A stretch of DNA of 32,000 nt from Candidatus Nitrosopumilus koreensis AR1 (GCF_000299365.1 NC_018655.1:120001-152000), one strand, 5' to 3'. Positions 1 through 8,976 are shown, numbered from the stretch's first letter. Notes: a model not told the origin generated them from the letters alone. Translations and numbers: made by a program.

Positions 1-1383
1 GGGGAAAATATTCTGATAAAGGATAATCGAGGTGCAATTTTAGATAACAAACTGTTTGGATATGAATCGGATTCTGGTGCAAATAGAATATTTGGACAAG
101 TTGTAATTAATGATTGGAAAAAACTTTACAGATTAGAAAAAGGAAAAATTCTAACTGATCAACGTGAAGGGCTAGATTATAATCACAAATTCAACAAACT
201 TTTAGAACAGATAATCAGAACACACCTAAAACCGATTATTGATGCTGAGAAAGAAAAACAAGGCAGTAATCCTAGGCTTGAACAAGGCTTAGACAAGAAT
301 ATCAAAAAAGCATTTGCGTTTATCAACAAAATTATGATGAAGGATCCTGATGCGGGAACTCATGAAGAAGAACTTCCTGATGTGCCCCCAGAAGGAATTG
401 AATTTTCAAAACCATCATTAACAATTCCATTTGAAAAAACAAAAAAACTCAAATTATTGTTAAATCCCGGTAGAGTTCCAACTAATTCTGAAATTGCATT
501 ACGAGTATTTGGTGAGGCAATCACAATAAGTCCTGAAAATTCCATTAGTGCTCCTGGAACATATGACGTAGATGTCCCATATGTGGAAATTGAAATTACA
601 GGAAAGAAGTTAAACGCAAGAAGTACTCTAAAGGCCTATTTTGGGGAAATGGTGGCAGAAACAGAAATTTTTGTTGTGCCAGAACAATTTTTCCAGCCAA
701 AACATGGTTTTGCATTTAAGCCCTCCAAAGCCAATTTGATTCCAAAAAAATCGCGAAAAATTAAACTTGTCATAGATACAAATCTTGTAGATCCGGGCAC
801 ACCAATAGAGATCTCTTGTGATGATGAGAGAGTTGAATTTTCACCCAAAAAACTTACTGTTACAAATCCTCCAAATCTTGGCAAATATCTCACCGAAGAA
901 ATAATAGAAATTTCATGTAGTAAACTGGGATTAAAGGCAAAGTTAGTTGCTGAAACAAAGACGAATGCAGGTGAAGACAGACAAGCAATATGTGAACTAG
1001 AAGTTAAAGAAAAAGAGCCTCCAAAACAATTTTTCAAAGACTATGAACTAGATCCTAAAGGAGAAAAAAGAGTTCGTTCAAGATTCAAAGATGGAATTAT
1101 CTATGTTCACGTAAATGCTCCTATTTTGTTATTCACTTTTGGTAGAAATCAAAAGAATCTCAGAGATAAGAAAGCAGAGGCCATCTTTATGTTGGCAGAT
1201 ACAGTTGTTCAGAGAATGGCAATGGAATGGGCAACATGGAAGGCCGATAATAATAAACTCGATATACTATCTGATAGAGCTACAGAAATTCAAGTTGAGA
1301 AAAACAGTATTGAATACGAATACGGTCTTCAAATTCATCAAATGATAGTTCAAGGATTTACAAAAAAACTAGAGGATCTTTAA
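1..1383 (+). CDS. C-terminal part of a GHKL/Hsp90-like ATPase-type protein (5' end outside window)
   Basis: Frame 1 is open from base 1 through the track ORF starting at 334, so the real gene is longer. Upstream translation reads GENILIKDNRGAILDNKLFGYESDSGANRIFGQVVINDWKKLYRLEKGKILTDQREGLDYNHKFNKLLEQIIRTHLKPIID..., resembling the middle section of MORC/GHKL-like ATPases. Family assignment is from memory. Confidence 0.5.
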   Translation, partial: GENILIKDNRGAILDNKLFGYESDSGANRIFGQVVINDWKKLYRLEKGKILTDQREGLDYNHKFNKLLEQIIRTHLKPIIDAEKEKQGSNPRLEQGLDKNIKKAFAFINKIMMKDPDAGTHEEELPDVPPEGIEFSKPSLTIPFEKTKKLKLLLNPGRVPTNSEIALRVFGEAITISPENSISAPGTYDVDVPYVEIEITGKKLNARSTLKAYFGEMVAETEIFVVPEQFFQPKHGFAFKPSKANLIPKKSRKIKLVIDTNLVDPGTPIEISCDDERVEFSPKKLTVTNPPNLGKYLTEEIIEISCSKLGLKAKLVAETKTNAGEDRQAICELEVKEKEPPKQFFKDYELDPKGEKRVRSRFKDGIIYVHVNAPILLFTFGRNQKNLRDKKAEAIFMLADTVVQRMAMEWATWKADNNKLDILSDRATEIQVEKNSIEYEYGLQIHQMIVQGFTKKLEDL

Positions 1384-1400
1384 TCGGTAAGGAATAAAAA

Positions 1401-1802
1401 ATGGATGCCAATCAAAAAGATTCTGCATTCCATATTGACATTAGTGATTTAGAGGAAATTGAAAAGAAAGAAAGAAAAAGAAAATACATCAATGAATATC
1501 AAAGAAAATATGCCAAAAGATCATATGTAAAAGATAAACTAAGCAAACAAAAACAAAACAAAACACTAACTGAAAAAATTAAGAAACTAGGAACAGAAGA
1601 TCCACATAGGATTTGTAAAAAATTGGGACGTACTAGAGCATACGGACGACGACATCCAGAATACTTTTACCGATGCTCAAAATGTGATGTGTCTTATTCA
1701 GATAAAGAAAAAGAGCATTTCTATAAAGAAAACAAATGCCCATGTTGCCATTTGATGTTAAGACAAAGGAAAACTGTTACTCAAAAGAAAAGTCTCAATT
1801 AA
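1401..1802 (+). CDS. Small basic protein with C-terminal zinc ribbon (CSKC...CPCC)
   Basis: 133-aa ORF 18 nt downstream of the previous CDS on the same strand; Lys/Arg-rich N-terminus and two Cys pairs. Confidence 0.65.
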   Translation: MDANQKDSAFHIDISDLEEIEKKERKRKYINEYQRKYAKRSYVKDKLSKQKQNKTLTEKIKKLGTEDPHRICKKLGRTRAYGRRHPEYFYRCSKCDVSYSDKEKEHFYKENKCPCCHLMLRQRKTVTQKKSLN

Positions 1803-1909
1803 AGATCTAGTTATAAGTAACATTCAAAAATATGATATTCATACTTAGAGGCATACTAATAAGAATAGTTTGTAGATACACCTGCAGGAGGAGCCTCATC
1901 TCAAAATAA

Positions 1910-2386
1910 TTAGAATCGAACACTTCCTTGTTCATCAAAATCAAGATTAGAATTTATCTTTGCAATTATAGCTGAAATCAATACCAGAACTACACCTACA
2001 TAAAATATCTCAGGTATCCAATCAAGTGTAATTCTAAAGATAAGAATTATCCAACCTATGAAACCAGTTATAGATACAAACAATCCAATTATGCCAAGTC
2101 GAAAAATTGCATATAGCAAAACAATGAGTTCAAGAATTCCAGCAATGGCTGAAACAGGTTGGAATACATTAGCCCAAAACCATATCAGAGTCTCATTTCC
2201 AAGTGATTTGATTAGTTCCCCAAGAAAGATTTCATTTATTGTAGCAGGATCGATATCATGTCCAAATTGTACAATCACATAAAGTGAAATTGCAGAGAAC
2301 AAACTAAACAAAAAAACTTTATACGGATCATCGAGTTCTTTTATCCATTCAATAAACTCTACAATAGAAGGTTCACGTTTACTCAT
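1910..2386 (-). CDS. Hypothetical membrane protein, about 4 hydrophobic segments
   Basis: 158-aa ORF with several hydrophobic stretches (VFLFSLFSAISLYVIVQF, IWFWANVFQPVSAIAGILELIVLLYAIF, IGLFVSITGFIGWIILIF, FYVGVVLVLISAIIA). Confidence 0.65.
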   Translation of the reverse strand: MSKREPSIVEFIEWIKELDDPYKVFLFSLFSAISLYVIVQFGHDIDPATINEIFLGELIKSLGNETLIWFWANVFQPVSAIAGILELIVLLYAIFRLGIIGLFVSITGFIGWIILIFRITLDWIPEIFYVGVVLVLISAIIAKINSNLDFDEQGSVRF

Positions 2387-2467
2387 ATTGAAACAGCATA
2401 TGTTAAGATAAGAGGTTCATAAATGATTCCAACCTGTTAGTCTTGCAGTAGAGAAAGAATTTGAAAA

Positions 2468-2896
2468 TTATTTAGATTTTTTTAGTTGATCAACATCTTT
2501 TCTCAATTGAGTAAAATCATGGTTTAATTTTTCATATTTTTTGTCATTTTCTTCATTAGTAACAAATTGATTATAGAATAACAATATTGAACTTCCGGTC
2601 CCCCATGCAACAAAAAATAATGAAAGAATTAATTCCACAGCAGTTTGGCTTTGAGAGAGTGCCCACATTCCCATAGGCGTGACAACAAGACTAATCATTA
2701 ACATCTTATAGAGATTTTTCTTTTCTGTTCTTTTGTACCAGGAAATCCCATCTTGTAACCCCAACGGATTATTATAATATCCTGGATGGTTTGCAGGAAA
2801 AATCTTCATGTAAAAATTATCAAATGAATGTAAGGCTTTTGAGAGTTTTAGTTTAATTTCAAATTTATGTTTTTTTGGAGTTGTGATGGCACTCAT
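2468..2896 (-). CDS. Hypothetical small membrane protein: two hydrophobic helices and a C-terminal charged helix
   Basis: 142-aa ORF; WYKRTEKKNLYKMLMISLVVTPMGMW then ELILSLFFVAWGTGSSILLFY then a coiled-coil-like tail. Confidence 0.65.
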   Translation of the reverse strand: MSAITTPKKHKFEIKLKLSKALHSFDNFYMKIFPANHPGYYNNPLGLQDGISWYKRTEKKNLYKMLMISLVVTPMGMWALSQSQTAVELILSLFFVAWGTGSSILLFYNQFVTNEENDKKYEKLNHDFTQLRKDVDQLKKSK

Positions 2897-2992
2897 GTTA
2901 TTCTATTAGTAAAACTAATTTTTAATGTTTATTGCAATAAAAATTGAATCAAATCTTTTACTCTTAGTTGGTAATGATGATATGTAGAAAAT

Positions 2993-3781
2993 TTAGTTAT
3001 TATTTTGAATATGTTCAACAAATGCTAATGTATTACGTATTTTCAGGGTAGGTTCAATTCCAGGATTTTCATTTAGTTGTGCTTGAAGTATTTGATTGAC
3101 ATTTTTAGAGGAGTCAACCTTATGCCAGATATTATTTTCATCCGTAATTTCGCCCATAGATCTATGAGTATTCATTATTCCCTCATACGATTTGATAAAA
3201 TTAATCCCATAACCGTTTTTTTCAGTTAACCCTTTCAAGGGAACATCATATGGTGTAATGTACACGTTTTCATTGTAATCTTCATTATCTGCAGATAAAC
3301 TTGCATTTCTAGAAGCAATAATATTTGCAGATGGTGCTAATGAAACACCAATCCATTGGGATTGTTCATAGTATTCTGCAGCTTCAAACATAATCTTTCC
3401 TGTAAGTGCTCTATCATTTTCATAATAATCCCCATACGCAATACAACCACGAAATGGAATATTGAGACATAGTCCTAATGCCAGTAAATAGGATGCAGCA
3501 CTTGAAGCAAATTTTAGCAACACATGATCACCCCAATCCTGGGTTTTGAGTGGAATTTCAGGATCAGGTGAAAAAGACATCAGAACAGTATCGGAAAATG
3601 ATCTAATTTTCATCAACATTCCGACCTCTTTTGCAGTGTCTGCATTTTTTTCCATGAATTGCAGAATTTGTTCCCATTCATTGAATAGGAAATTCTCTTG
3701 ATCTTTATTCCATCTAGCTTTTGTTCCTAAAGCATCCAGTAGAACTATTGCTCCTCTTTTCATAGATTGTACAGCAGACAT
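2993..3781 (-). CDS. Class III nucleotide cyclase-fold-like protein (putative)
   Basis: 262 aa. Motif series VLLDALGTK, SFSDTVLMSF, IPFRGCIAYGDYY, ALTGKIMFEAAEYYEQSQWIGVSLAP matches the order of class III cyclase core motifs (first metal Asp, second metal Asp, RxGIHxG-like, VNxAxR-like). Confidence 0.5.
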   Translation of the reverse strand: MSAVQSMKRGAIVLLDALGTKARWNKDQENFLFNEWEQILQFMEKNADTAKEVGMLMKIRSFSDTVLMSFSPDPEIPLKTQDWGDHVLLKFASSAASYLLALGLCLNIPFRGCIAYGDYYENDRALTGKIMFEAAEYYEQSQWIGVSLAPSANIIASRNASLSADNEDYNENVYITPYDVPLKGLTEKNGYGINFIKSYEGIMNTHRSMGEITDENNIWHKVDSSKNVNQILQAQLNENPGIEPTLKIRNTLAFVEHIQNNN

Positions 3782-3871
3782 ACAAAATACAATGAAAAAT
3801 GACTATTTATTTTGAATTCTTATAAAATCAAGATATATTTCTGATGAAACCTTTTACTCTTGCAGTCTAAA

Positions 3872-4468
3872 CTATCTTAATTTCGGAATGCTTCTGAAGT
3901 AATACTTGGAGGTGTCTTTAGATAAACAACATACAGCCTTTTCAATTGGTGTGAATTCCTTCTTTTTCTCAATAAAATAATACATGTATGTTAGTAAAGC
4001 CCTATGAACTCCGTCCATTAACATGAATGGACCTTCTGGGGATGTCCCACCAATCATCCAAGAATATCGTCGTGCAATTTCAGGATCATATTCTTGGAGA
4101 GTGGACTTCATCCAATCCATTCCTTTAGAAAAGTTAGAAAAATGGTTTTTATCATATTCAGAATTCCAGTTTTGTTGTTCAGAATTGGGTAGCCAAACAA
4201 AATCTGCAGAATGGAGAAGTTTTGCATAATGTGACAGTTGTGTTATGTCCGAGTCAAACAATGACCAACCATATCTTTTACCATAAGGACCAATTTTGTC
4301 ATTGTAATAGATATGTAGATTGTTTTCAAAATCAGATTCATTCAGAGTAACATAAAAGAATCTGACTTCATTTCCCAGATTGTTGAAAACAGATTGTTTT
4401 GAGAATTTTGGATCATAATCTACCTGAAATGCTTGTTCTCTAGAAATTTCCTCCAGAAAATGGGGCAT
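3872..4468 (-). CDS. Hypothetical protein with ParB-like DGxHR motif (MLMDGVHRALLTY)
   Basis: 198-aa ORF; the DGVHRAL stretch resembles the DGxHR motif of ParB/sulfiredoxin-like proteins. No other family recognised. Confidence 0.5.
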   Translation of the reverse strand: MPHFLEEISREQAFQVDYDPKFSKQSVFNNLGNEVRFFYVTLNESDFENNLHIYYNDKIGPYGKRYGWSLFDSDITQLSHYAKLLHSADFVWLPNSEQQNWNSEYDKNHFSNFSKGMDWMKSTLQEYDPEIARRYSWMIGGTSPEGPFMLMDGVHRALLTYMYYFIEKKKEFTPIEKAVCCLSKDTSKYYFRSIPKLR

Positions 4469-4583
4469 ACAAAATCATAATTTTAGACATTATTTTCATT
4501 ATCGGTCAAATGGCGACTACTTGTTATCCTCTCTAACAACGTGTTCCTAATCAAATTTGAACCAAATGTTCGTTCTGAATAAA

Positions 4584-5801
4584 TTATTGAATGATTTCTA
4601 AGACTTTTTCAGGTGGAATTTGACCATAACTCTTCTTTAACTCATCTATAGTATGCCAGCCTCCCACCTCTGCAATGATTCCATAGTTGTAATTGGTTTT
4701 AGACAACCAATAATGAGCACCCAAATGTCGCAGAACATGTGAAGGACGAGTTAGAAAATATGTTTCATTTTTTCCTAAATCTTGAAAAATTTCAACGAGT
4801 TGTCGATTGATGGTTTTTTTGAAAGCATGTTCTGCAAGTGATGACTCGACAATTCTATCGCAGTTTCTATCTTTTAATAATTTCAAACTTTTTTGAGTAT
4901 CTTCTCTTGTAATGTACTTTATCCATTTTCCTCCACGGATATTTTCAGTCTTTGATTCAATCACAGACATAAGAAATATGGTGTCATCATGTTTTGTTTT
5001 TAGTTCTGTCCAATCATTTTTCATGTTGTACAGAGCACCAAATCGTGCACAAGATTCGATTCCAACCCAGAACCACCTGTATACATCTGAATCTAAACCC
5101 CATTTTTCCTTGATGAACTTGTCTGCTGCATCAAACTCTTCTTGTGTGAATCTAATGTCTGCATATTTTCCATGATGGGGAACTTTTTGAGACATTACTC
5201 CTGAAACACCTTTTCTCCAGGTAATATCGTAAAACGAACAAAAGTCTCTTACTGCTTGTGCTTTGTGGTAGACGGTAGTATTCTTTCCGGTAGGTTTGCA
5301 TCCACGATTAGAGCATACAACATCACCGTTTTGGAAATGCTTTGCAAACGTTCTCATGATTTTTTCAGTTTTCTTTGCAGAGATTGTCAGATCATAGGGA
5401 GTTACCTTGCAGGTATTGCAAACAATCTCAAGGGAGCGTAGTCTGTTTCTCCAGGACTTTAGTGGCATTCCTTGCTTTCTTGTCAGCATGTCATCCATCC
5501 ATTCAGAGACAAGGGGGTCAGATGTGATGGAATGGTGTTTGTTGAACTCCCGGAACTCTTGGTCTTTTGATTTTGGCAAAAAGAAATGGCCTGACCTTAG
5601 GCGGACCATCTCTCCTCTCTGCGATAATAACTTGATGTAATTGTAGACGGACTGTCTGGCGATTCCAAGTGCCTTTGCAATCTCTGGTGGCTTTAGCGGG
5701 TAGGGCCTGTTTCCCTTGGCGTAAAGCAATCTATGGATTTCCTCTAGAATGTCATCTTGTGATGCTTTCTTGCCGTAGAGGGTTATCTTTCGACGTGCCA
5801 T
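4584..5801 (-). CDS. Tyrosine recombinase/integrase with N-terminal HTH
   Basis: 405 aa. N-terminal EIAKALGIARQSVYNYIKLLSQRGEM HTH. C-terminal SCARFGAL (R), SHVLRHLGAH (HxLRH), GGWHTIDELKKSYGQ (H/W...Y) give the R-HxRH-W-Y catalytic pattern. Confidence 0.82.
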   Translation of the reverse strand: MARRKITLYGKKASQDDILEEIHRLLYAKGNRPYPLKPPEIAKALGIARQSVYNYIKLLSQRGEMVRLRSGHFFLPKSKDQEFREFNKHHSITSDPLVSEWMDDMLTRKQGMPLKSWRNRLRSLEIVCNTCKVTPYDLTISAKKTEKIMRTFAKHFQNGDVVCSNRGCKPTGKNTTVYHKAQAVRDFCSFYDITWRKGVSGVMSQKVPHHGKYADIRFTQEEFDAADKFIKEKWGLDSDVYRWFWVGIESCARFGALYNMKNDWTELKTKHDDTIFLMSVIESKTENIRGGKWIKYITREDTQKSLKLLKDRNCDRIVESSLAEHAFKKTINRQLVEIFQDLGKNETYFLTRPSHVLRHLGAHYWLSKTNYNYGIIAEVGGWHTIDELKKSYGQIPPEKVLEIIQ

Positions 5802-5946
5802 TACTCTGCAGGCAAGTCTCGAAAAAATTTTTGAAAGCGGAAACTATGGGATGTTTGTGCAATTAGCATTAATCTAATTGGACAAACTTCATGTTTTTAA
5901 AATTAAATGCAAATATACCCGGATGACTAATAATATTGGACAAACC

Positions 5947-5966
5947 TTTAGGGGTTAACCCCTAAA
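5947..5966. repeat. 20-bp perfect palindrome TTTAGGGGTTAACCCCTAAA
   Basis: Read directly; sequence equals its own reverse complement. Lies upstream of the integrase start. Confidence 0.85.
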
Positions 5967-6233
5967 AAAACAAACAATGTTAAAATAATTTTTAATTATT
6001 TTAGACTATTTTAGAAACAGGCATTCAAGAATAAAATTCCGTCCAACTAAATTTTCTCTATCAAAATTTCATCTTAGCAGATTTCCTATCTTGTCAAACC
6101 AAAACTACCTAGAGCCACTCAAGACATGAAATACTATGAAAACATCTAGAATGATAACAAAGACAAACAAAAGAATGTGGCAGTCAGATGACTTTGCATT
6201 GTACTGTTTTTGATTAAAATATTTTCTTGCTGC

Positions 6234-6473
6234 CTAGATTTCCTTAATCTCTGTAATGGTCCCTTGAACAGAATCCATCTTGATTATTGCCTTTTTCTCG
6301 CCCCAACCTAATGCAACATACCAGTCTCCTGCATCTTCATGATACTTTGTTTCCAGAGTTTGAATGGTATCTGGTGCAGCGTTGTATTTTTTTGCAATGC
6401 CTGATACTGCAAGGGCTATTGCATCCTTTTCTTTTTCCAACCTTCTCTTCATTAATCCAATTCCAGGACTCAT
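6234..6473 (-). CDS. Conserved-looking small hypothetical protein
   Basis: 79-aa ORF; an overlapping + strand ORF has low-complexity, non-protein-like content. Confidence 0.55.
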   Translation of the reverse strand: MSPGIGLMKRRLEKEKDAIALAVSGIAKKYNAAPDTIQTLETKYHEDAGDWYVALGWGEKKAIIKMDSVQGTITEIKEI

Positions 6474-6590
6474 GGAGTAACTAGATCATGTCATCTAATA
6501 TAGTTAATTCATAATATTGGCCATAATGTCGAATTTTTCTAATTGACACTTACAATATTTCAAATAACCCAATTACGTTATAGGAATAAA

Positions 6591-7184
6591 ATGAAACTAA
6601 CTCAAAGACTTTCAAACTCTGCAATAGCAAAATCAGGCACGCTTGTTTCGCTAGTTTCTATTTTCTCTATGGTTGGTCCAATCATAATTGTTTCAGCAGG
6701 ATTCTGGGATGCAATTTCCCATATTCTAAAAGAACCAGAGTTCTTTTGGAGCCCTTCTCACATTGTAGTCTACTCTGGTGTCTCGATGACTGCCTGTGCT
6801 GCAATTATGGGAAGCATACTGATAATCCGAAAATCGGTTCATCGTTCTCTTAAAACTGGAATCAAACTGGTAATTGTTGGCTCCCTTCTACAGATTGTTT
6901 CAGGCTTTGGCGATTCTCTGTCCCATGATCTTTTTGGAATTGATGGATTAATCTCCTGGTCCCACCAACCTCTGGAGATAGGACTTTTACTTGCATCATT
7001 AGGTGCAGTTTTGATTTTAAAAAATAGAGAACATACAAAACTCAAAATATTTCTTCCATTCTCTATAGTAACGTTTTTGTTTTTTACTACTTGGCTGATT
7101 TTTAATTTTGTATTGATTTTTGGGCATACCATTCAATGTATTCAGATCTATGAGATATTCTCTTCAGGTTGCTCAATACTATAG
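6591..7184 (+). CDS. Hypothetical multi-pass membrane protein
   Basis: The track ORF starts at 6543, but the internal ATG at 6591 (MKLTQRLSN...) gives a more natural start; several hydrophobic segments. Confidence 0.6.
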   Translation: MKLTQRLSNSAIAKSGTLVSLVSIFSMVGPIIIVSAGFWDAISHILKEPEFFWSPSHIVVYSGVSMTACAAIMGSILIIRKSVHRSLKTGIKLVIVGSLLQIVSGFGDSLSHDLFGIDGLISWSHQPLEIGLLLASLGAVLILKNREHTKLKIFLPFSIVTFLFFTTWLIFNFVLIFGHTIQCIQIYEIFSSGCSIL

Positions 7185-7639
7185 TTTTTAATTTTGAAAA
7201 ATGAAATAATCAACATTACGATGGCACCAACAAAAATCATTAGCCCTGATGGCACCATTTCCTGAGAATTTGTATCCCCCAATTCTATCTGCACATAAAT
7301 TGAATTTTTTGCAATGTTGGTAATTTTTATGGTATGTTTGCCGTCCTCTTTAAAATCAAAATATCCTACTGACATTTTTGTTTGAACCATTTGTTCTTGA
7401 ATCACGTTGTCTCTGGGATCTAGTATCTGAACAAATACCTCCTCTCCTGAGAATTCAGGTATGTATAATTTGAAATATCCAATACCCATACCAAAAAATT
7501 CTGACTCTGTCTCAAATGAATTAGATTGTTTTAGTACAATTGAATCGTATTTTTTTTCAGTCTCATCAAAAACATACGCTGTCCAAATCATTCCTACAAT
7601 TACCAATGCTAATCCAAGTTTGAATGGAGATATTCTCAT
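7148..7639 (-). CDS. Hypothetical membrane-anchored protein with N- and C-terminal TM helices
   Basis: 163-aa ORF; KLGLALVIVGMIWTAYVF at N-terminus and GLMIFVGAIVMLIISFF at C-terminus around an extracytoplasmic-looking middle. Confidence 0.6.
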   Translation of the reverse strand: MRISPFKLGLALVIVGMIWTAYVFDETEKKYDSIVLKQSNSFETESEFFGMGIGYFKLYIPEFSGEEVFVQILDPRDNVIQEQMVQTKMSVGYFDFKEDGKHTIKITNIAKNSIYVQIELGDTNSQEMVPSGLMIFVGAIVMLIISFFKIKNYSIEQPEENIS

Positions 7640-7681
7640 TTCATCATGCAGAGAAATTATTTGCTTAATAAGATAATCTAA

Positions 7682-7756
7682 AGGGCTCGGAGGGCTTCGA
7701 TCCCTCGACCTGGCGGTTCGAAGCCGCCCGCACTATCCAGGCTGTGCAACGAGTCC
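7682..7756 (-). tRNA. tRNA-Arg (anticodon TCG)
   Basis: Minus strand folds as GGACTCG TT GCAC-AGCCTGGATA-GTGC G GGCGG-CTTCGAA-CCGCC AGGTC GAGGG-ATCGAAG-CCCTC CGAGCCC. Anticodon loop CTTCGAA gives TCG. Discriminator T; position 54 is A. Confidence 0.9.
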
Positions 7757-7800
7757 AAACAAGTAAGAATTTAACGGGCCTAAATATCTGTCTAGATACT

Positions 7801-8976
7801 TTGAAGGTATCAAAAAAAGTAGCAGGTGTAGAGTACGCAATTAGAGATATTGTTCTTGCTGCAAGAAAAGTACAACAAAAAGGAATGCAGGTAGATTATC
7901 TCAACATTGGTGATCCTGTCCAATTTGGTTTTCAACCACCTGATAATGTTAAACAAGCTTTGATTGATGCAATTAACAATGGTGAAAATTACTATTCTAC
8001 TTCTGAAGGTCTTTTGGAATTAAGACAAGAGATTGCTAAAAAAGAAAACGCTAAAGGCTTGTCTATTTCTGCTGATGAGATTCTAGTTACAAATGGAGTT
8101 TCAGAAGGACTAGACATGGTAATCTCATCAATTGTTGAGGAAGGAGATGAAGTGCTGCTTCCAGGACCCTATTATCCTCCTTATGCTTCTTATGTTAGAC
8201 TGCATGGTGGAATTCCAGTAGAGTTTGCAGTTGACTTGGATAACTCTACTCCTGATATTGAGGATATCAAATCCAAAATCACCTCAAAGACTGTTGCTAT
8301 TTGTTTGATTAGTCCAAACAACCCAACTGGCGTTGTATTTAATGAAAAATCACTCAAAGAACTAGTAGATATTGCAAATCAGCATAATCTCTACATCATA
8401 TGTGATGAAATCTATGATCAGATAATTTTTGATGAAAAATTTGTAGGAATTGGCAAAGTTGCAGGAGACTCTCCGGTAATTGTTCTAAATGGTTTTTCCA
8501 AAGTCCATCTAATGTCTGGCTGGAGAATTGGCTATATTGCATTTAACAATTCACCAAAACTTGATGCAATTAGAGAGAATCTTCCAAAACTAGCCAGAGT
8601 GCGAATTGCAACCAGTCTGCCCGTACAACATGCTGCACTAGAGTCATTACGAGGACCTCAAGACTATATCTCAAACTTTGTGACTGAAATAAAAAAACGC
8701 AGAGACTTGGTTGTAAAGAGACTAAACGAGATGCCAGGACTGTCTTGTCCAAATCCAAAGGGCGCATTTTATGCATTTCCAAAAATTGAAGACAATAGAT
8801 TTGGAACAGACAAAGAATTTGTTACAAAACTATTGGAATCAAAAGGAGTTTTAACTGTACATGGTTCTGGTTTTGGAGAAAAATATGGCAGTGGTCATTT
8901 CAGGTTAGTTTATCTTCCAAGCCTTGAAGTTTTGGATTCAGCAATGAACAAGATTGAGGAATTTGTACGTCAGTAA
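7801..8976 (+). CDS. Class I/II PLP-dependent aminotransferase (aspartate aminotransferase family)
   Basis: YLNIGDPVQFGFQPP, ISPNNPTG, VLNGFSKVHLMSGWRIGY (PLP Lys context). The track start (GTG 7744) lies inside the tRNA-Arg gene; in-frame TTG at 7801 (MKVSKKVAGVEYAIRDI) is preferred. Confidence 0.88.
   Translation: MKVSKKVAGVEYAIRDIVLAARKVQQKGMQVDYLNIGDPVQFGFQPPDNVKQALIDAINNGENYYSTSEGLLELRQEIAKKENAKGLSISADEILVTNGVSEGLDMVISSIVEEGDEVLLPGPYYPPYASYVRLHGGIPVEFAVDLDNSTPDIEDIKSKITSKTVAICLISPNNPTGVVFNEKSLKELVDIANQHNLYIICDEIYDQIIFDEKFVGIGKVAGDSPVIVLNGFSKVHLMSGWRIGYIAFNNSPKLDAIRENLPKLARVRIATSLPVQHAALESLRGPQDYISNFVTEIKKRRDLVVKRLNEMPGLSCPNPKGAFYAFPKIEDNRFGTDKEFVTKLLESKGVLTVHGSGFGEKYGSGHFRLVYLPSLEVLDSAMNKIEEFVRQ

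Noticed and set aside
360-1345. ORFs 360..545 (-), 636..1037 (-) and 1115..1345 (+) overlapping the first gene
   Set aside because: Frame 1 is continuously open across the entire region and gives a more protein-like product.
4469-4583. Attachment site next to the integrase stop
   Set aside because: I found no long direct repeat shared between this gap and the tRNA-Arg gene or the right flank.
4912-5866. Plus-strand ORFs 4912..5175, 5256..5441, 5407..5640 and 5669..5866
   Set aside because: All lie antisense to or overlapping the well-supported recombinase CDS and lack protein-like motifs.
6095-6245. Possible minus-strand membrane micropeptide ...DCHILLFVFVIILDVFIVFHVLSGSR*
   Set aside because: No ATG/GTG/TTG start in a sensible position within the open frame; the ATG nearby is in another frame and ends after 17 codons.
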